This document shows, piece after piece, positions 12,929-26,698 of a stretch of 64,000 nucleotides of DNA; positions within the stretch are counted from its first letter, which is position 1; every line of letters starts with the position of its first letter. The stretch is taken from contig OX597823.1 of assembly GCA_951406725.2 (NCBI GenBank), forward strand, positions 54,808,001-54,872,000, written 5' to 3'. This stretch comes from Octopus vulgaris. Taxonomy: Eukaryota. The notes under the pieces were generated by a model. That model was given only the letters and a program-made list of their open reading frames with translations. It was not told the DNA's origin and did not search any database. The translations under genes were made by a program, and so were the position numbers.

Positions 12929-13094
12929 CAGGGCTGGCCCAAGGTACTGGCAACTCAGGCAGTCAACCAGGATGCTATGTGCTAATGGATATCAAGGAGG
13001 GTGTAACAAAGACAAGGAAATTTCCATGACTGTCAGCTTTTACATGCCAAAGTTCTGCTTACCCTTGGCACCAGCAATTCTAGGGCCAGCCCTG
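12929..13094. mobile_element. hAT-type MITE nested in a SINE
   Basis: Perfect 12-bp TIR cagggctggccc / gggccagccctg; decayed 8-bp flanks tatgtggt / cacatggt; host SINE resumes after it. Confidence 0.75.
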
Positions 13095-13347
13095 CACATG
13101 GTGGGACTGAACGTAGGACCATGTGGCTGGTAAACAAGCTTCTCACCACACAACCATACCCGTGCCTATGTTTAGCTTTGCTTGGTGAATTTATATCCAT
13201 TGAGAATTTCTCTTATCTACTCAGATTAATGTTTGTATGGAAACTTGGCTAAAACCTTCTGCATAATAACTAATAACAGAACACATACACAACCAAATGC
13301 ACATACAAAACATAAAAAGATAATATATAAGTGTACATACATATATA

Positions 13348-13399
<52 letters not shown>

Positions 13400-13446
13400 C
13401 ATGTATATATATATAATATATGATATATATATGTATATAATATATA

Positions 13447-13486
<40 letters not shown>

Positions 13487-13757
13487 CACAGATCATTGTA
13501 ATTTGATGAAAAAGAAAGTATTCAATATTACACATCATATTTATTGATATGTTTGATATACAAACATAGACTGTTTACAGTCATATACACTTACATACTT
13601 GTATACATAAACACACATACATATGTATGTGTTTGTGTGTGTATGTGAGTATGCATGCATGCGTGTATGTGATCTTAGTGATATATTTATGTATATAAAT
13701 ATGTATAGTTACATGCACATACACATGCATAACACACACACAACACACACATATACA

Positions 13758-14035
13758 TATATACCATAACATGCATATAAATATACACATGTATCTACAC
13801 ATAAACATGGAATTCTTAGAAAATACACAGACACACACACATACATACATATGTACCATAACATGCATATAAATATACACATATATCTGTACAAATACAC
13901 GGAATTCTAAGAAAATGCACACACACAAACACACACACTCACTCATACACACATATGCACACACATATATCATAACATGCACATAAATAGACACATGTAT
14001 CTACACACAAACATGGAATTCTAAGAAAATACATG
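13758..14035. repeat. Three-copy tandem repeat, unit about 95-115 bp
   Basis: cataacatgcatataaatatacacat...aaacatggaattct..gaaaat repeated three times with CA/TA spacers. Confidence 0.75.
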
Positions 14036-14679
14036 TACGCAAACACACACTCATACACACACACATGCACACATATATACTGCCCCACACTGACATACAT
14101 ACATGCATATATACACACATATACTCATACATGGCCAATACACTGGTACACACCCATATGGATCTTTCATAAGTTAACAGCCCATTCTCTAATCTGGAAT
14201 TGTATATACAGATCTTCAATTACTGAAAGAGCTTTCAGCCTGTGTCAGTGACCAGTGTACATAGCTAATGTAAGGAAGAGAGTTCTGGAGAAAATCCCAG
14301 GAGTTACAATGCTTATACTCTTGGGTGGTCATATATATATATATAACCTTGATTGACATAGCTTCTGTTGGTTCAACTAAATGGATGTACCAACAAGATA
14401 TAACTAGTCACCATCATCATCTTGATGATGATGACAATGGTGGTGGTTGTTTTGGTGGTGATATTGATGATGATGATGAGGTGATGGTGGTGGTGGTGAT
14501 GATGATGATGGTGGTGGTAATGGTGGTGGTGGTGGTGTTGTGGTAGTGATAATGATGATTATGATGATGATGGGGGATGCTGATGTTAGTAATGATGATG
14601 ATCATCTTGGTCATCATCATCATCCTCATCACCATTGTTATCATTGTTGTTACTCTAATCATCGTCAACATTATCACAT

Positions 14680-14965
14680 GTAAGACAGAGCCAGTTATCA
14701 GCCGAAGTCTCTCATGGGGGTTGTGTTCTTCATTTCTCTTTGGTTGGAAATTACAAGAATCTGTTTTTCGTTTTCTTCTCTATCTGGTGGTTGCTATGAC
14801 AAAGAGCCTGTGTGGTGGACAAGATTGAAAAATCTGAGAACAGAACAGAACAGACACCTTTCTTTTAAGCCAAGCCCTCATTGACTTCTTCAAGTTCCAT
14901 TCAGCGAAGAAGGTTACCGTGGAGGGAGGTGTACTGCTCTCTACTGAATTTATAGGAAGCTGAAG
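14680..14965 (+). mobile_element. Decayed L1/Tx1-like LINE 3' fragment
   Basis: Degenerate QALIDFFKFHSAKKVTVEGGVLLSTEF; related fragment FINFKCLIERKVNVEEEVMLSDDF on minus strand at about 42840-43090; clade assignment from memory. Confidence 0.4.
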
Positions 14966-15204
14966 GGGAATGGGATTAACCCTTTAGCATTCAGATCATT
15001 CTGTCAAATGTAATGTTTATTTACTCTCATTGCTTTAAGTTTATCATTCACAAGCAAAACATACCCCCGTCCAATGGACGGTGCTGAGTTGTCAAACATT
15101 TAAACCAAATTTTCTCAAAACAACTTGTCTGACCGTCCCATAGGCCTCCCCTTTGAGAAATACTGATTTAACCTAAATTTGAGACACCAGCAAAAGAAGA
15201 AATA

Positions 15205-17996
15205 AAGATAGTGTGTGACACACTAATTGTACATATTAGGCAACTTGATGTAGTTGTGTGTGCTACATATCGCCCTCCAGATGCCCCAAGCCATGTGGGC
15301 AAGTTTGAAGACTGCCTTATAAAAATAGAAGTTCTAACTACATTAGAACAACACATAAGTGTACTTCTTATGGGAGACTTCAATCTGCCCAATGTCAGAT
15401 GGCCCGAGGGCCTTTCTCTCCCAGGAATGACAAGATGTGAACGAGAACAGGCGAGGTCCCTCCTGAACCTCATCAACACCCTGTACATGGAGCAGGTAAT
15501 ACTCCAACCAACCAGGGCAGGTAACACACTGGATCTCTGCTTCACAAATGACATGGATCTCATCCATAATGTGAAAGTGACACCGACACTACTCTCGGAT
15601 CACAACATGATAGAGCTGACCATGTACGGGCCAAAAGAGAGCACGGACATGCAGCCTACAAGAAACCCTCAGAATCTTTCCAGCTTGAACTACCATAAGG
15701 CAAACTGGAAACAAATTGAGAAAGAGATCCTCAAACAAAACTGGCCTAAATGTCTCTCCTCGCCAGACATCGACGTGAAACTTCAACAATTCATGTCTGT
15801 AATGCAAGCCATATGCTACAAATGTGTCCCAGAGAGAAAGGCCACTGTACACAAGAACAAAATCCTCAGAGAGAGGAAAATTTTAATGAGACGCCGTACA
15901 AAATTTTCAAATCGCCTAAACAAACAGATTGAAAGCAGTGAAAAGTCCCGCCTAAAAATAAAACTGTTGGAAATCGAAAAATGTCTGCAACTCTCCCTTG
16001 AAAAAGAAAGAGCAGACAAAGAAGCCTGGGCTATAGACAACATAAAATCTAACCCCAGAGCTTTCTACAGGTATGCCAAAGAAACAGCTATGGTGCACTG
16101 TAGAATAGGGCCACTCCTCGAAAAGGATGGCACACTTACAGGAAAACCAATGAGGGTAAGTGAAATACTGAATGAGCAATTCAAGAGTGTTTTCACTCCA
16201 CCCCTTGGGCATCTCCAAATCACCAATCCAACTGACTTTTTTACCACTGCAGATATAAAATCAGAGGCGGCGACAATAGATTACATCGATATAAAGGAAG
16301 ACGATGTAATCAAGGCTATAGATGAAATGAAAACAGACTCAGCTACTGGCCCCGATGGATTCCCGGCAATCCTCCTAAAAGCATGTAAGAGAGTCCTAGC
16401 AAGACCACTGCAGTTCCTCTTTCGAGCTTCCTTGCAGCTGGCAAACTTCCAAGAAAACTGAAGGAAGGTAAAATATGCCCCATTCATAAAGGAGGTAGCA
16501 GAGCGGAAGCCAAGAACTATAGACCTATCTCTCTGACCTCACACATCAGCAAGGTCATGGAACGAATAGTCAGAAGGAAGCTGATCACCTTCCTTGAAGA
16601 GAATGACTTGCTGCCCGACACCCAACATGGTTTCCGACCAGGGAGAAGCTGTTTAACTCAGCTCCTACAACACTATGACTGGGTGCTGAAACAGCTGCTC
16701 AACCACTCAAATGTGGAAGTGATATATCTCGACTTTGCAAAGGCCTTTGATAAAGTCGATCATGGAATGATATGTCACAAACTGCGTGATCTCAACATAG
16801 TTGGAAAACTGGGAGAATGGTTTCATGACTTTCCGAAAGATAGAAGTCAGGTGGTAGTAGCCAATGGGGCCACTTCCATTAACACGCAAATAGTGAGCGG
16901 TGTTCCACAGGGCACTGTTCTGGGACCATTACTGTTCATAATGGCCCTCTCAGACATGCCCTCAGCCACGCAGAGAGCCACGATCACAAGTTATGCAGAT
17001 GATACAAAAGTTTCACAGGCAATACAGAACCCTGAGGACACTAAACACCTGCAATGTGAGCTGGACAAAATATACAAGTGGGCCGAAAAGAATAGCATGC
17101 AGTTCAATGCTGAAAAGTTTCAAGCTCTATACTATCAGCATGCAAAACTAAATGCAATACCCAATGAATACACTGGACCCGGAGGAATAGCAATCCCAGA
17201 GGCACAATCAGTGCGTGACCTAGGTATTTACATGAGTGATGACGCGACCTTTCGTGTACATGTTGCTAAATTGGCAATGAAATGTAGACGACTGGCCGGA
17301 TGGATCCTCAGAACGTTTAGAACAAGAGAACAAGAAACCATGATGGTCCTTTGGAGGACACTTGTCCTAAGCCACTTTGATTACTGATCTCCGTTATGGT
17401 CACCATCTAGTATCAAGTTGATCACAGAGCTCGAGGCGATCCAACGTAGCTACACGAAGAAGATAGCCTCTATGCAGAATGTAAGCTACTGGGAAAGACT
17501 CAAGAGATTAAAACTATATTCCCTGGAGCGTAGGTGGGAAAGATATGCCATAATATACATCTGGAAGATCCTGGAGGGACGTGTCCTGAACTTTGGCATT
17601 GAGAGTTACGCAAATGCCAGAACTGGGCGCCACTGCGTGGTGCCTAGGACTCCAAACTTGCCATCAAGATGTAGGACAAGATTCTGTGATAGCCTGGGCT
17701 TCCGAGGCCCACAGCTCTTCAATATCCTCCCAAAGAACCTGAGAGACCTGCATGGGGTGGATGCAGATGTCTTTAAAATGAAGCTGGATCTCTTCCTGTC
17801 AGGTGTCCCAGATGAACCAACTTCACGGCAGGAGGGGCAGATGAGGGCAGCTGCATCGAACTCTCTCATGCACCAAATGGCAGTTGCTAGAAAGCTTTCG
17901 TGAAGTGAAACCAAGTAGCAACACCAAATGGCGGTGCCCCAGCATGGCCACAGCTCATAAGCTGAAACTAGAATCAATCAATCAATCAATCAATCA
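15205..17996 (+). mobile_element. CR1/L2-group non-LTR retrotransposon, 5'-truncated ORF2 (APE endonuclease and RT) with two lesions
   Basis: YRPP, MGDFNLP, LDLCFTN, SDH (APE); QHGFR, YLDFAKAFDKV, GVPQGTVLGP, YADD (RT); frameshift near 16425, premature TGA at 17385, stop 17903, (ATCA)n tail; 5' boundary uncertain. Confidence 0.92.
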
Positions 17997-18211
17997 TAGA
18001 CTTTTTCCTATTCCAAAGAAAAACAATTTTATTCACACAAATATGCAACTGAAGAGTTTAAAGTACCAGTAAAGATAAGGCTGTTGACTGGGAGAACACA
18101 AACATGGTTTAAACAGTAAGCTTGGCAGGAAAGAAACGTGCCTTTAAGCAGTACAAAAACAACAAAAAATGGAAGGTGCAGTTATGTACAGGTTAACAGA
18201 AGAAAAGCAGG

Positions 18212-18403
18212 ACAAAACGGCTTTATCGATGGCATTCTCACCTGGAATCGATTTTTGTAATTTTTTCAAGACTTATATAAACCCTGATACCGTCGGTATC
18301 TACATATCAAATTTGAACGCAATCAGATGGAGGATGCCCGAGATCCTAGAAGCCACACACACACACACACACAGACAGACAGAACGGATTTTATATAAGA
18401 GAT
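18212..18403 (+). mobile_element. Possible Helentron-associated (HINE/DINE-like) non-autonomous element end
   Basis: caaatttgaacgcaatc...(CA)n-gacagacaga...ttttatataagagat layout resembles HINE 3' ends; no diagnostic protein. Confidence 0.35.
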
Positions 18404-18845
18404 TATCTTGTAGCTTCAAGATTTTATTGATGTGATTGTTTAATTTTAAAATGACATTGTAAGGCAGGTGTGAGAGGCCAGATCTGGTTGGTGTGAACAT
18501 AAAACAGTTAGGATATTTGGGCCTTTAGCGTTTACATTATTCTGTCAATAGTAATGTTCAGTTGTTCACGTCATTAATTAATCATGCATTATCTTCTCGT
18601 TTTGAGATTTTGATGAGGTAACTATTAATTTGTAGTGAGCTGGCAGAATTGTTAGCATGCCAGACAAAATGCTTAGCACTATTTTGTCCCACTTTACATT
18701 CTGAGTTCAAATTCTGAGTACAACAAGGTTGACTTTGCTTTTTATCCTTTCATGGTCAATAAGTAGCAGTCAACTATTGGGGTTGATATAATTAACTAAC
18801 ACCCACCCCTGAAATTTCAGGCCTTGTGCAGATAGTAAAGAAGAT

Positions 18846-18923
<78 letters not shown>

Positions 18924-19659
18924 CGTTGTATATTCAATCTTCTTATCAATAACTAATATGTAGCTTCCTATCACTGTCACCCATCTATAGCCTATCCCTC
19001 CATCACCCTTTTGCTATGGTGTAGGTGTTTTGCTTGGTGATTAGGGTGTTAGACTCCTGATTGTAAGATTATGGTTTCGAATCCTGGACCAAGTGATACG
19101 TTGTGTTCTCGAGTAAAATACTTCACTTCATGTTGCTCCTGTCCATACAGCTTGCAAAAATGAGTTATCCTGTGACAGACCAGTGCCCAGTCCAAGTGGG
19201 GAATTTATATGCCATGGAAACTAGGAAACTGGCCCCTTATGAGTCAGCATGACTCAAGAAGCTAATATTTTGCCTTTTTCTATGGTTTTGTCTCTTTCAT
19301 AAGTCTTTCTCCTGTTCACCCTCTTAGTCAGGTTGTCTTGAATGAATGGAGAGACAGCATATTATGAAGGGGACCCTTTATTCATGCAGGAGACAAGACA
19401 ACCTCTCCAGTGTTAATGCTATGAAAAAAAACGCTCCTCCCTGTACAAAGAGTAAAATGGTGGGCAAATGAACAGAAAGAATGTAAGGTTGAGACAACTT
19501 TAAAACTGATGAGGGTAACAAATATAAAATGGAAACCATGCCACAAAAATGAAATTTATTAGCAAGTTGTTTGTCCCTAACTTGTTTAGGAAGGCAGAAG
19601 CTTCGAAAAAGAATTGATTTATTAACTTAGACAGTGATTTCCCCTCCAACTCTTGCCTG

Positions 19660-20612
19660 CAGGGAAAGCAAATGCTGGTAATAAAGGGCCTCTTGCTCAA
19701 AGTGAAAGGTAGACTGTGTGATGTATGTGTGCAAACAGCTAAGCTACATGGCAGTGAAACATGGGCTGTGACTGTTGAAGACGTGTATAGGCTTGAAAGA
19801 AATGGAGCTAGTATGCTCTGTTGGATGTGTAATGTCGGTGTGCATACATGATAGAATGTAAGTGCCCCGAGAGAAAAGTTGGGCATAAGAAGTATCAGAC
19901 GTGGTGTGCAAGAGAGATGACTGTACTGGTATGGTCATGTGTTGTGTATGGATGAGGATAGTTGTTTGAAGTAGTGTCACACTCTAACAGTGGAAGGAAC
20001 TTGTGGAAGAGCTAGACCCAGGAAGACATGGAATGAGGTGGTGAAGCATGACCTTTGAATGTTGGGCCTCACAGAGACAATGACAAGCAACTGAGATTTT
20101 TGAAGACATGGCCGTGATTGAGGAGACCCGGCGAGTCAAATGAGATCGTAGCCATGGCTGATGCCAGTGTCGCAAAACCAGCCTGTTTAAATATACCCTT
20201 CAATTGTGTGGCAATATGCTTTGCTTGAGAAGACCTGTTGAGTCAAGTGAAATTGTAGTCATGGCTGATGCCAGTGCCATCTGACTGGCGCCCATGCTGG
20301 TGGCACGTAAAAAGTACCATTCGAGCATGGTTGATGCCTGTGCTGCCTGACTAGCTCCCATGCTGGTGACATGTAAAAAGCACCATTCAAGCGACGTCAA
20401 TGCCAATGCCAACTGACTGTTCCCCATAGTGGTGGGACATAAAAAGCACCCACTACACTCTCAGAGTGGTTGGCATTAGGAAGGGCATCAAGCTGTAGAA
20501 ACCTTGCCAGATCTGATTGGAGTCTGGTGCAGCCTCCTGGCTTGCCAGTCCTCAATTAAACCGTCCAACCCATGCCAGCATGGAAGGCAGACATAAAATG
20601 ATGATGATGATG
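19660..20612 (+). mobile_element. Older 5'-truncated, decayed copy of the RTE family at 23695-26985
   Basis: Aligns by eye to 25690-26160 (KGLLLKVKGRLCD...LHGSETWAVT) with stops; shared 3' tail and (GAT)n. Confidence 0.85.
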
Positions 20613-20616
20613 GGAA

Positions 20617-20666
<50 letters not shown>

Positions 20667-21293
20667 ACACACGCACACACCTGTATCTATATATGTGTAT
20701 GTGTGTGTATAGTGAGAGAAAGAAAGAGAGAGACAAAGAGTGAGAATGGAGAGAATATATACACATATATACATGCATATATATTCTTTTATTCTTTTAC
20801 TTATTTCAGTCATTTGACAGTGGCCATGCTAGAGCATTGCCTTGAAGGATTTTAGTCCAACAAATTGACTATAGGACTTATTTTTTTAAAGCCGAGTACT
20901 TATTCTATTGGTTTCTTTTGCCAAACTGCTAAGTTACACGGACATGAAAACACCCACACCAGTTGTCAAGTGGTGATGGGAGGGACAAACACAGACACAA
21001 AGACACACACACATGTAGATATATACAAATATATATATATGTTCTTCTTTTTGCCTTTGTGAGTTACAAATATTGTTATCTGTGGAGACATATTTTGTAG
21101 AAAAAAGAAATAGTGGTCTTTTGGCTGCTATTTCTAAAATTTTTCGGTATGTGGTGAAGCAACTTGTTGTTAAACCCTTAATTATTGTTATAATTATATA
21201 TATATATGTTTATATATTTATACATACATACATACATACATAAAACAGACATCTTTTAGTTTCCATCAACCAAATCCAAGGCTGTGGTCAGCC

Positions 21294-21510
21294 TCTTTAC
21301 TCTTTACTATTTTACTTGTTTCAGTCATTTGACTGCGGCCATGCTGGAGCACCGCCTTTAGTTGAGCAAATTGACCCCGGGACTTATTCTTTGTAAGCCC
21401 AGTACTTATTCTATCGGTCTCTTTTGCCGAACCGCTAAGTGACGGGGACGTAAACACACCAGCATCGGTTGTCAAGCAATGCTAGGGGTACACAGACACA
21501 CAAACAAACA

Positions 21511-21545
<35 letters not shown>

Positions 21546-21711
21546 CATGACGGGCTTCTTTCAGTTTCCGTCTACCAAATCCACTCACAAGGTATTGGTC
21601 GGCCCGGGGCTATAGCAGAAGACACTTGCCCAAGATGCCACGCAGTGGGACTGAACCCGGAACCATGTGGTTGGTTAGCAAGCTACTTACCATACAGCCA
21701 CTCCTGCGCCT
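21294..21711 (-). mobile_element. tRNA-derived SINE with internal microsatellite and CR1/L2-like tail, full copy nested in an older copy
   Basis: Head gcaggagtggctgtatggtaag..gggttcagtccc; tail ggcggtgctccagcatggccgcagtcaaatgactgaaacaag; other copies about 34660-35000, 46935-47330, 51602-51955, 56168-56640. Confidence 0.85.
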
Positions 21712-21870
21712 ATAGCCTGAGGCTATAGTAGAAGACATTTGCCCAAGGTGTCATGCAGTGGCACTGAACACAGAACCATGTGTTTGGGAAGCAAGCTTCT
21801 TACCATACAGCCAGGCACATCACCACCTATACACACACACACACACACACGTGTGTGTATATATATATTA

Positions 21871-21992
21871 TTCAACAAGAATATTATTGATAGTGACTTT
21901 GAAATTTTGGTCAGTTAAGCCATTGTCAGACTGATGACAATGGCTTAACTGGCTAAAATTTTGAAATCACTATCAATAATAATCTTGTTGAA
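21871..21992. repeat. Fold-back palindrome centred on a decayed hammerhead-like core
   Basis: aagccattgtca-gactga-tgacaatggctt centre near 21930 containing CTGATGA; arms ttcaacaaga...tcttgttgaa; TA-rich flank. Confidence 0.7.
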
Positions 21993-22105
21993 GAATAATA
22001 AATTTTCTTCTACAAAAGTATAGTGTAAACCCATCAAATTAATGTAAAACTGTTTTTATTATAACTGACCATAAAAACGAACACTAACATATACATGTGT
22101 ATGTG

Positions 22106-22143
<38 letters not shown>

Positions 22144-22635
22144 TATGCACATGGATAGATTTAGTTATACATACACACACATACATATCTCTAAATATCT
22201 ATGACTCACTCTTTCTGATGACAAAGAAATGCAAGAAGTCTGTATCACACCACTTCAATATGGCAATACACTCCCATCATGCAATGCAATTACTAAAGCA
22301 ATAAAAACATAAATTTCATTTATAGCAATGGTTCTCAAGCATGGTCCATATGACCTTTGGGGGTCTACGTGACACTTGGAGTCCATACAAGATTTTGTTG
22401 TTAAAATGTATGCACAAATAATTGATTCTGCTTCTTAAATATACAAAATATTTTAAGAATTTTTCAAAACATAAGCACAGGCATGGCTGTGTAGGAAAAA
22501 GCTTGCTTCCCAACCACTTAGTTCTGAGTTCAGTCCCACTGTGTGACACCTTGGGTAAGTGTCTTCTACTATAGCCTCAAACCGACCAAAGCCTTGTGAG
22601 TGGATTTGGTAGATGGAAACTGAAAGAAACTTGTC

Positions 22636-22669
<34 letters not shown>

Positions 22670-23118
22670 CCTTGATAAATTTGATAGGTTTAGCCAGTAT
22701 AGGCCCAGGCCATGTCTAACTTAATACACCACCTGGTGAAGTCTTTTAGTCCATATATGAGGCACCATGGCTCATTCTAGCAAAGAGTTATTATTGTTGG
22801 AGACATATTCAGGTGTAGGAGGTTGGTCCGGGATATTTTGAAGAAATTTGTCCAGTGAACATTTGAATTTTATGAGATCTGTTTCTGTTTTGATGTATTT
22901 TGGCATAGTATTAAAGAGAGTTTGACCGGTTGGAGTAAAGTAATTGTGACATAATGTTGCTGTGTGTTCCGAGTTCAATTTTTGTAGTGGGCGGATAGCA
23001 TGGGGGACAAGTCTTGGACGGATTTTAAAATTGATGCTAACATCATTTGTGCAATATTGATGGAATATTTTCCACATCACACAAATGATGTAGCTCTCCT
23101 GGCGGCATTGGAGAGAGA
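22670..23118 (-). mobile_element. CR1/L2-group LINE 3' fragment
   Basis: SLQCRQESYIIC..WKI...LFNTMPK..FKCSLDKFLQNIPDQP parallels the C-terminus of the LINE at 15205-17996; tail also at 55510-55580. Confidence 0.75.
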
Positions 23119-23496
23119 CCCCAGTGCTCAGTCGGTACTTATTTTATCAATCCTAAAAGGATGAAAGGCAAAGTCAACCTATATAAGGGAAAAGTAAAAT
23201 AAACAAAGAAAATACATACTAGGTATAAAAGTAATGACTTTTTTTATAAAAGAAATATCCTCCTCAAATCATTTATTTGTATACATATATTTGTCTTTGT
23301 TTTTATAAAAACCTGTTTCTGTTACATATATATATATATATATAAATCGTTTTGGGATTTGGTTTGCAAGATTCTTTATATGAGTTCGTGTGTTGAAGCA
23401 TATTCTGCTGTGTCTGGGGAGAGTAATTTTCTTTTTGTGCCTTATAATATAACACACTCACCGGTAAAATTTCCACTTATTTCTTATCTTTATTTT

Positions 23497-23536
23497 CCTA
23501 AAATTTTCGTTGCGTCTTGCAACCTTTTCAATAGTC
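23497..23536 (-). ncRNA. Minimal hammerhead-like motif, U3-A8 variant, in repeat 23345-23562
   Basis: Minus strand gacta-TTGAAAA-g-GTTGC-aagac-GCAAC-GAAA-att-t-tagg; decayed second copy at about 43962-44001. Confidence 0.5.
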
Positions 23537-23694
23537 TTGACTCTGACCATTATTTACACTGCGTTCCTTTTTGTTTGTTTGTGCAGAAGTGTGTGGGTCA
23601 GTGTGTGCCTATGCATGCATGTACATATGTATGAGTGTATGTATATATGCATGTGTGTGTATGTATATGTGTGTATACATATGTATATATGTAT

Positions 23695-26162
23695 TCAGGA
23701 AACCAACAAGCCACCTGGTCACCTACCGATCGGGCCGGCATACTAGCCAAATCGACTACATCCTTGCCAGAAAAAGGGAAAGATGGCTGCTTAAAAATGC
23801 CAAAACCTTCCCAGGCGAAGAATGTACCCCACAACATAGACTGGTAGTTAGTGACTTTAGGATCAGGACTAAGAGGGCGACTAGAAGACGACCAACATGG
23901 AGAAGAAGGGTCTGGAAGCTTAAAGCCCCTGCGAATGGACAGAGATTTAGAGATATGTTACTTGAAGCCTTCGACGAAGTGGAAGGGGGTATAGCTACAC
24001 ATGGGGTAGAAGACAACTGGACGTTTCTGAGGGACAACCTGCTGAAAGCCGCTGACCAGATCTGTGGCTGGTGCAAAGTCCCCTTAAGACCCAAAATAAC
24101 GTGGTGGTGGAACAATATTGTTGACAGGGCTATTAGACAAAAGAAACAGGCTTGGAAGGCCTGGAAGAACGGTGGTAGCAGGGAAGGGTATCAGACTGCC
24201 AGAAGGGAAGCTAGGAGACAGGTCTATCTAGCCAGAGGGGAAGCAGATAAGAGAAAATTTGCCAATGTCCTGCGCCGTGAGGATGAAAGACTTGAGGTAT
24301 TTCGTGTTGCAAGACAGTGTGTGAGAGAGAATCGTGATGTGGTAGGAGAGAAATGTGTTCGCATGGAGGATGGTTCACTTGCGCTAAATGAGGATGCAAA
24401 GAGAGAAGCTTGGAGACGCCACTATGAAAGGTTACTGAATGAGGAAAATGAATGGGATAAAGAGAGTCTGCCGAATGTTGACCCTACAGAGGGACCAGCT
24501 ATCCGAGTTGATAGTTCCGTGGTAGCTAAGGCAATTAGAAGCATGAAGACAGGGAAAGCCCCAGGCCCATCAGGAATTACTGCAGAGATGCTCAAAATAT
24601 CTGGCAGTGTCGGCTATAACCTAGTCACCCGTATAGTCAACCAGGTGATACACGAAGGAGTCATACCCAATGACTGGTGCAGCAGCATACTAGTCAACTG
24701 CTACAAAGGTAAAGGTGATGCCCTAGATACAAATAATTACAGAGGTATCAAGCTGTTGGATCAAGTAATGAAGGTTACGGAGAGGGTCATAGCCCAACTA
24801 ATTAGAGAGAGAGTTAGTTTAGATGAGATGCAGTTTGGGTTCGTGCCAGGGAAAAGTACCACTGATGCTATATTCCTGGTAAGGCAGCTGCAGGAGAAAT
24901 ACCTAGCCAAAGATAAGCCCCTGTACCTGGCTTTCGTTGACATGGAGAAAGCTTTTGATAGGGTCCCCCGATCCCTTATCTGGTGGTCAATGAGGAAACT
25001 AGGGATAGATGAATGGCTGGTGAGGACTGTGCAAGCCATGTACAGAGATGCCGTAAGTAAGGTTAGGGTTGGCAACATGTACACAGAAGAATTCAAAGTA
25101 GAGGTTGGGGTCCACCAGGGTTCAGTACTCAGCCCCCTCCTATTTATCATAGTACTCCAGGCAATTACGGAGGAATTCAAGACAGGCTGTCCCTGGGAGC
25201 TCCTCTACGCTGACGACCTTGCTCTTATTGCTGAGTCACTATCAGAACTGGAGGAGAAGTTCCAGGTGTGGAAGGAGGGTTTAGAATCAAGGGGCCTTAG
25301 AGTCAACCTAGCTAAAACCAAAGTACTAATAAGTAGAAAGGTAGACAATCCACAAATATCTTCAGGAAGATGGCCCTGCTCGATCTGTAGAAAAGGTGTA
25401 GGTAGAAACTCTATAAGATGTACCCAGTGTAAGCTATGGACACATAAGAGGTGCAGCAATGTCAAAGGTAGGCTAACTGGGAAGATAGTTTTTGTATGTG
25501 GCAGATGCTCGGGAGCATTAACCTCCGAAAATCTGCAGAAAACAACTTCCGTCACTTTCCAGGGGGAAAAACTAGAAGTAGTTGATAGCTTCCGTTATCT
25601 AGGTGACCAAGTCAGTAGTGGGGGTGGGTGCGCTGAAAGTGTAACTGCTAGAATAAGAATAGCCTGGGCAAAGTTTAGGGAGCTCTTACCTCTGCTGGTG
25701 ACTAAAGGCCTCTCGCTCAGAGTAAAAGGCAGACTGTATGATGCGTGTGTACGAACAGCCATGCTACATGGCAGCGAAACATGGGCCGTGACTGCTGAGG
25801 ACATGCGTAAGCTCGTGAGGAATGAAGCCAGTATGCTCCGATGGATGTGTAATGTCAGTGTACATACTCGACAGAGCGTTAGCACCTTGAGAGAAATGTT
25901 GTACCTAAGAAGCATCAGTTGTGGTGTGCAAGAGAGACGATTGCGCTGGTATGGTCATGTGGCGAGAATGGATGAAGATAGGTGTGTGAGAAAGTGCCAA
26001 TCCCTAGCAGTTGAGGGAACCCGTGGAAGAGGTAGACCCAGGAAAACCTGGGACGAGGTGGTGAAGCACGACCTTCGAACTTTAGGCCTCACTGAGGAAA
26101 TGACCAGAGACCGAGACCTTTGGAAATATTCTGTACGTGAGAAGACCAGGCAGGACAAGTGA
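23695..26162 (+). CDS. RTE reverse transcriptase ORF (partial APE, RT, PHD-like finger); the first 41 or so aa of the 863-aa track ORF are microsatellite
   Basis: Motifs as above; no stop or frameshift over about 820 codons. Confidence 0.9.
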
Positions 26163-26251
26163 GCCCAGCCCACTTATGAATGCCTTTCCTCCCTTGGACA
26201 CAAAGACCGGTTGAGGCAAGCGAAGTCGATATAGAACCTCATCCGACGACA

Positions 26252-26698
26252 GACACCCATGCCAACCCCCCATGCTTGCGAAGACATGTTGGGGCAAGCG
26301 AAATCGAAATCGAAACCGAATTGAACCAGCCAGGATCCCTGGCCTGGTGGTACGTAAAAGCACTATCCGACTCGTGGCCGTGGCACGTAAAATACTCCAA
26401 TGCGACCGTACGACAGGCACCCATGCCAACCCCCTTTGCTTGTGAAGACATGTTGGGGCAAGCGAAATCGAAATCGAATTGAACCAGCCAGGATCCCTGG
26501 TCTGATGGTACGTAAAAAGCACTATCCGACTCGTGGCCGTGGCACGTAAAATACTCCAATGCGACCGTACGACAGGCACCCTTGCCAACCCCCTTTGCTT
26601 GTGAAGACATGTTGGGGCAAGCGAAATCGAAATCGAATTGAACCAGCCAGGATCCCTGGTCTGGTGGTACGTAAAAAGCACTATCCGACTCGTGGCCG
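26252..26698 (+). repeat. Tandem repeat, about 160-bp unit, 2.8 copies, in the RTE 3' UTR
   Basis: gaagacatgttggggcaagcgaaatcgaaatcgaa..ttgaaccagccaggatccctgg..gcactatccgactcgtggccg occurs three times, nearly identical. Confidence 0.9.

Noticed and set aside
23571-23694. N-terminus of the 863-aa ORF as a real start of the RTE protein
   Set aside because: It is flanking TG/TATG microsatellite that happens to be in frame; the element is truncated within the endonuclease.
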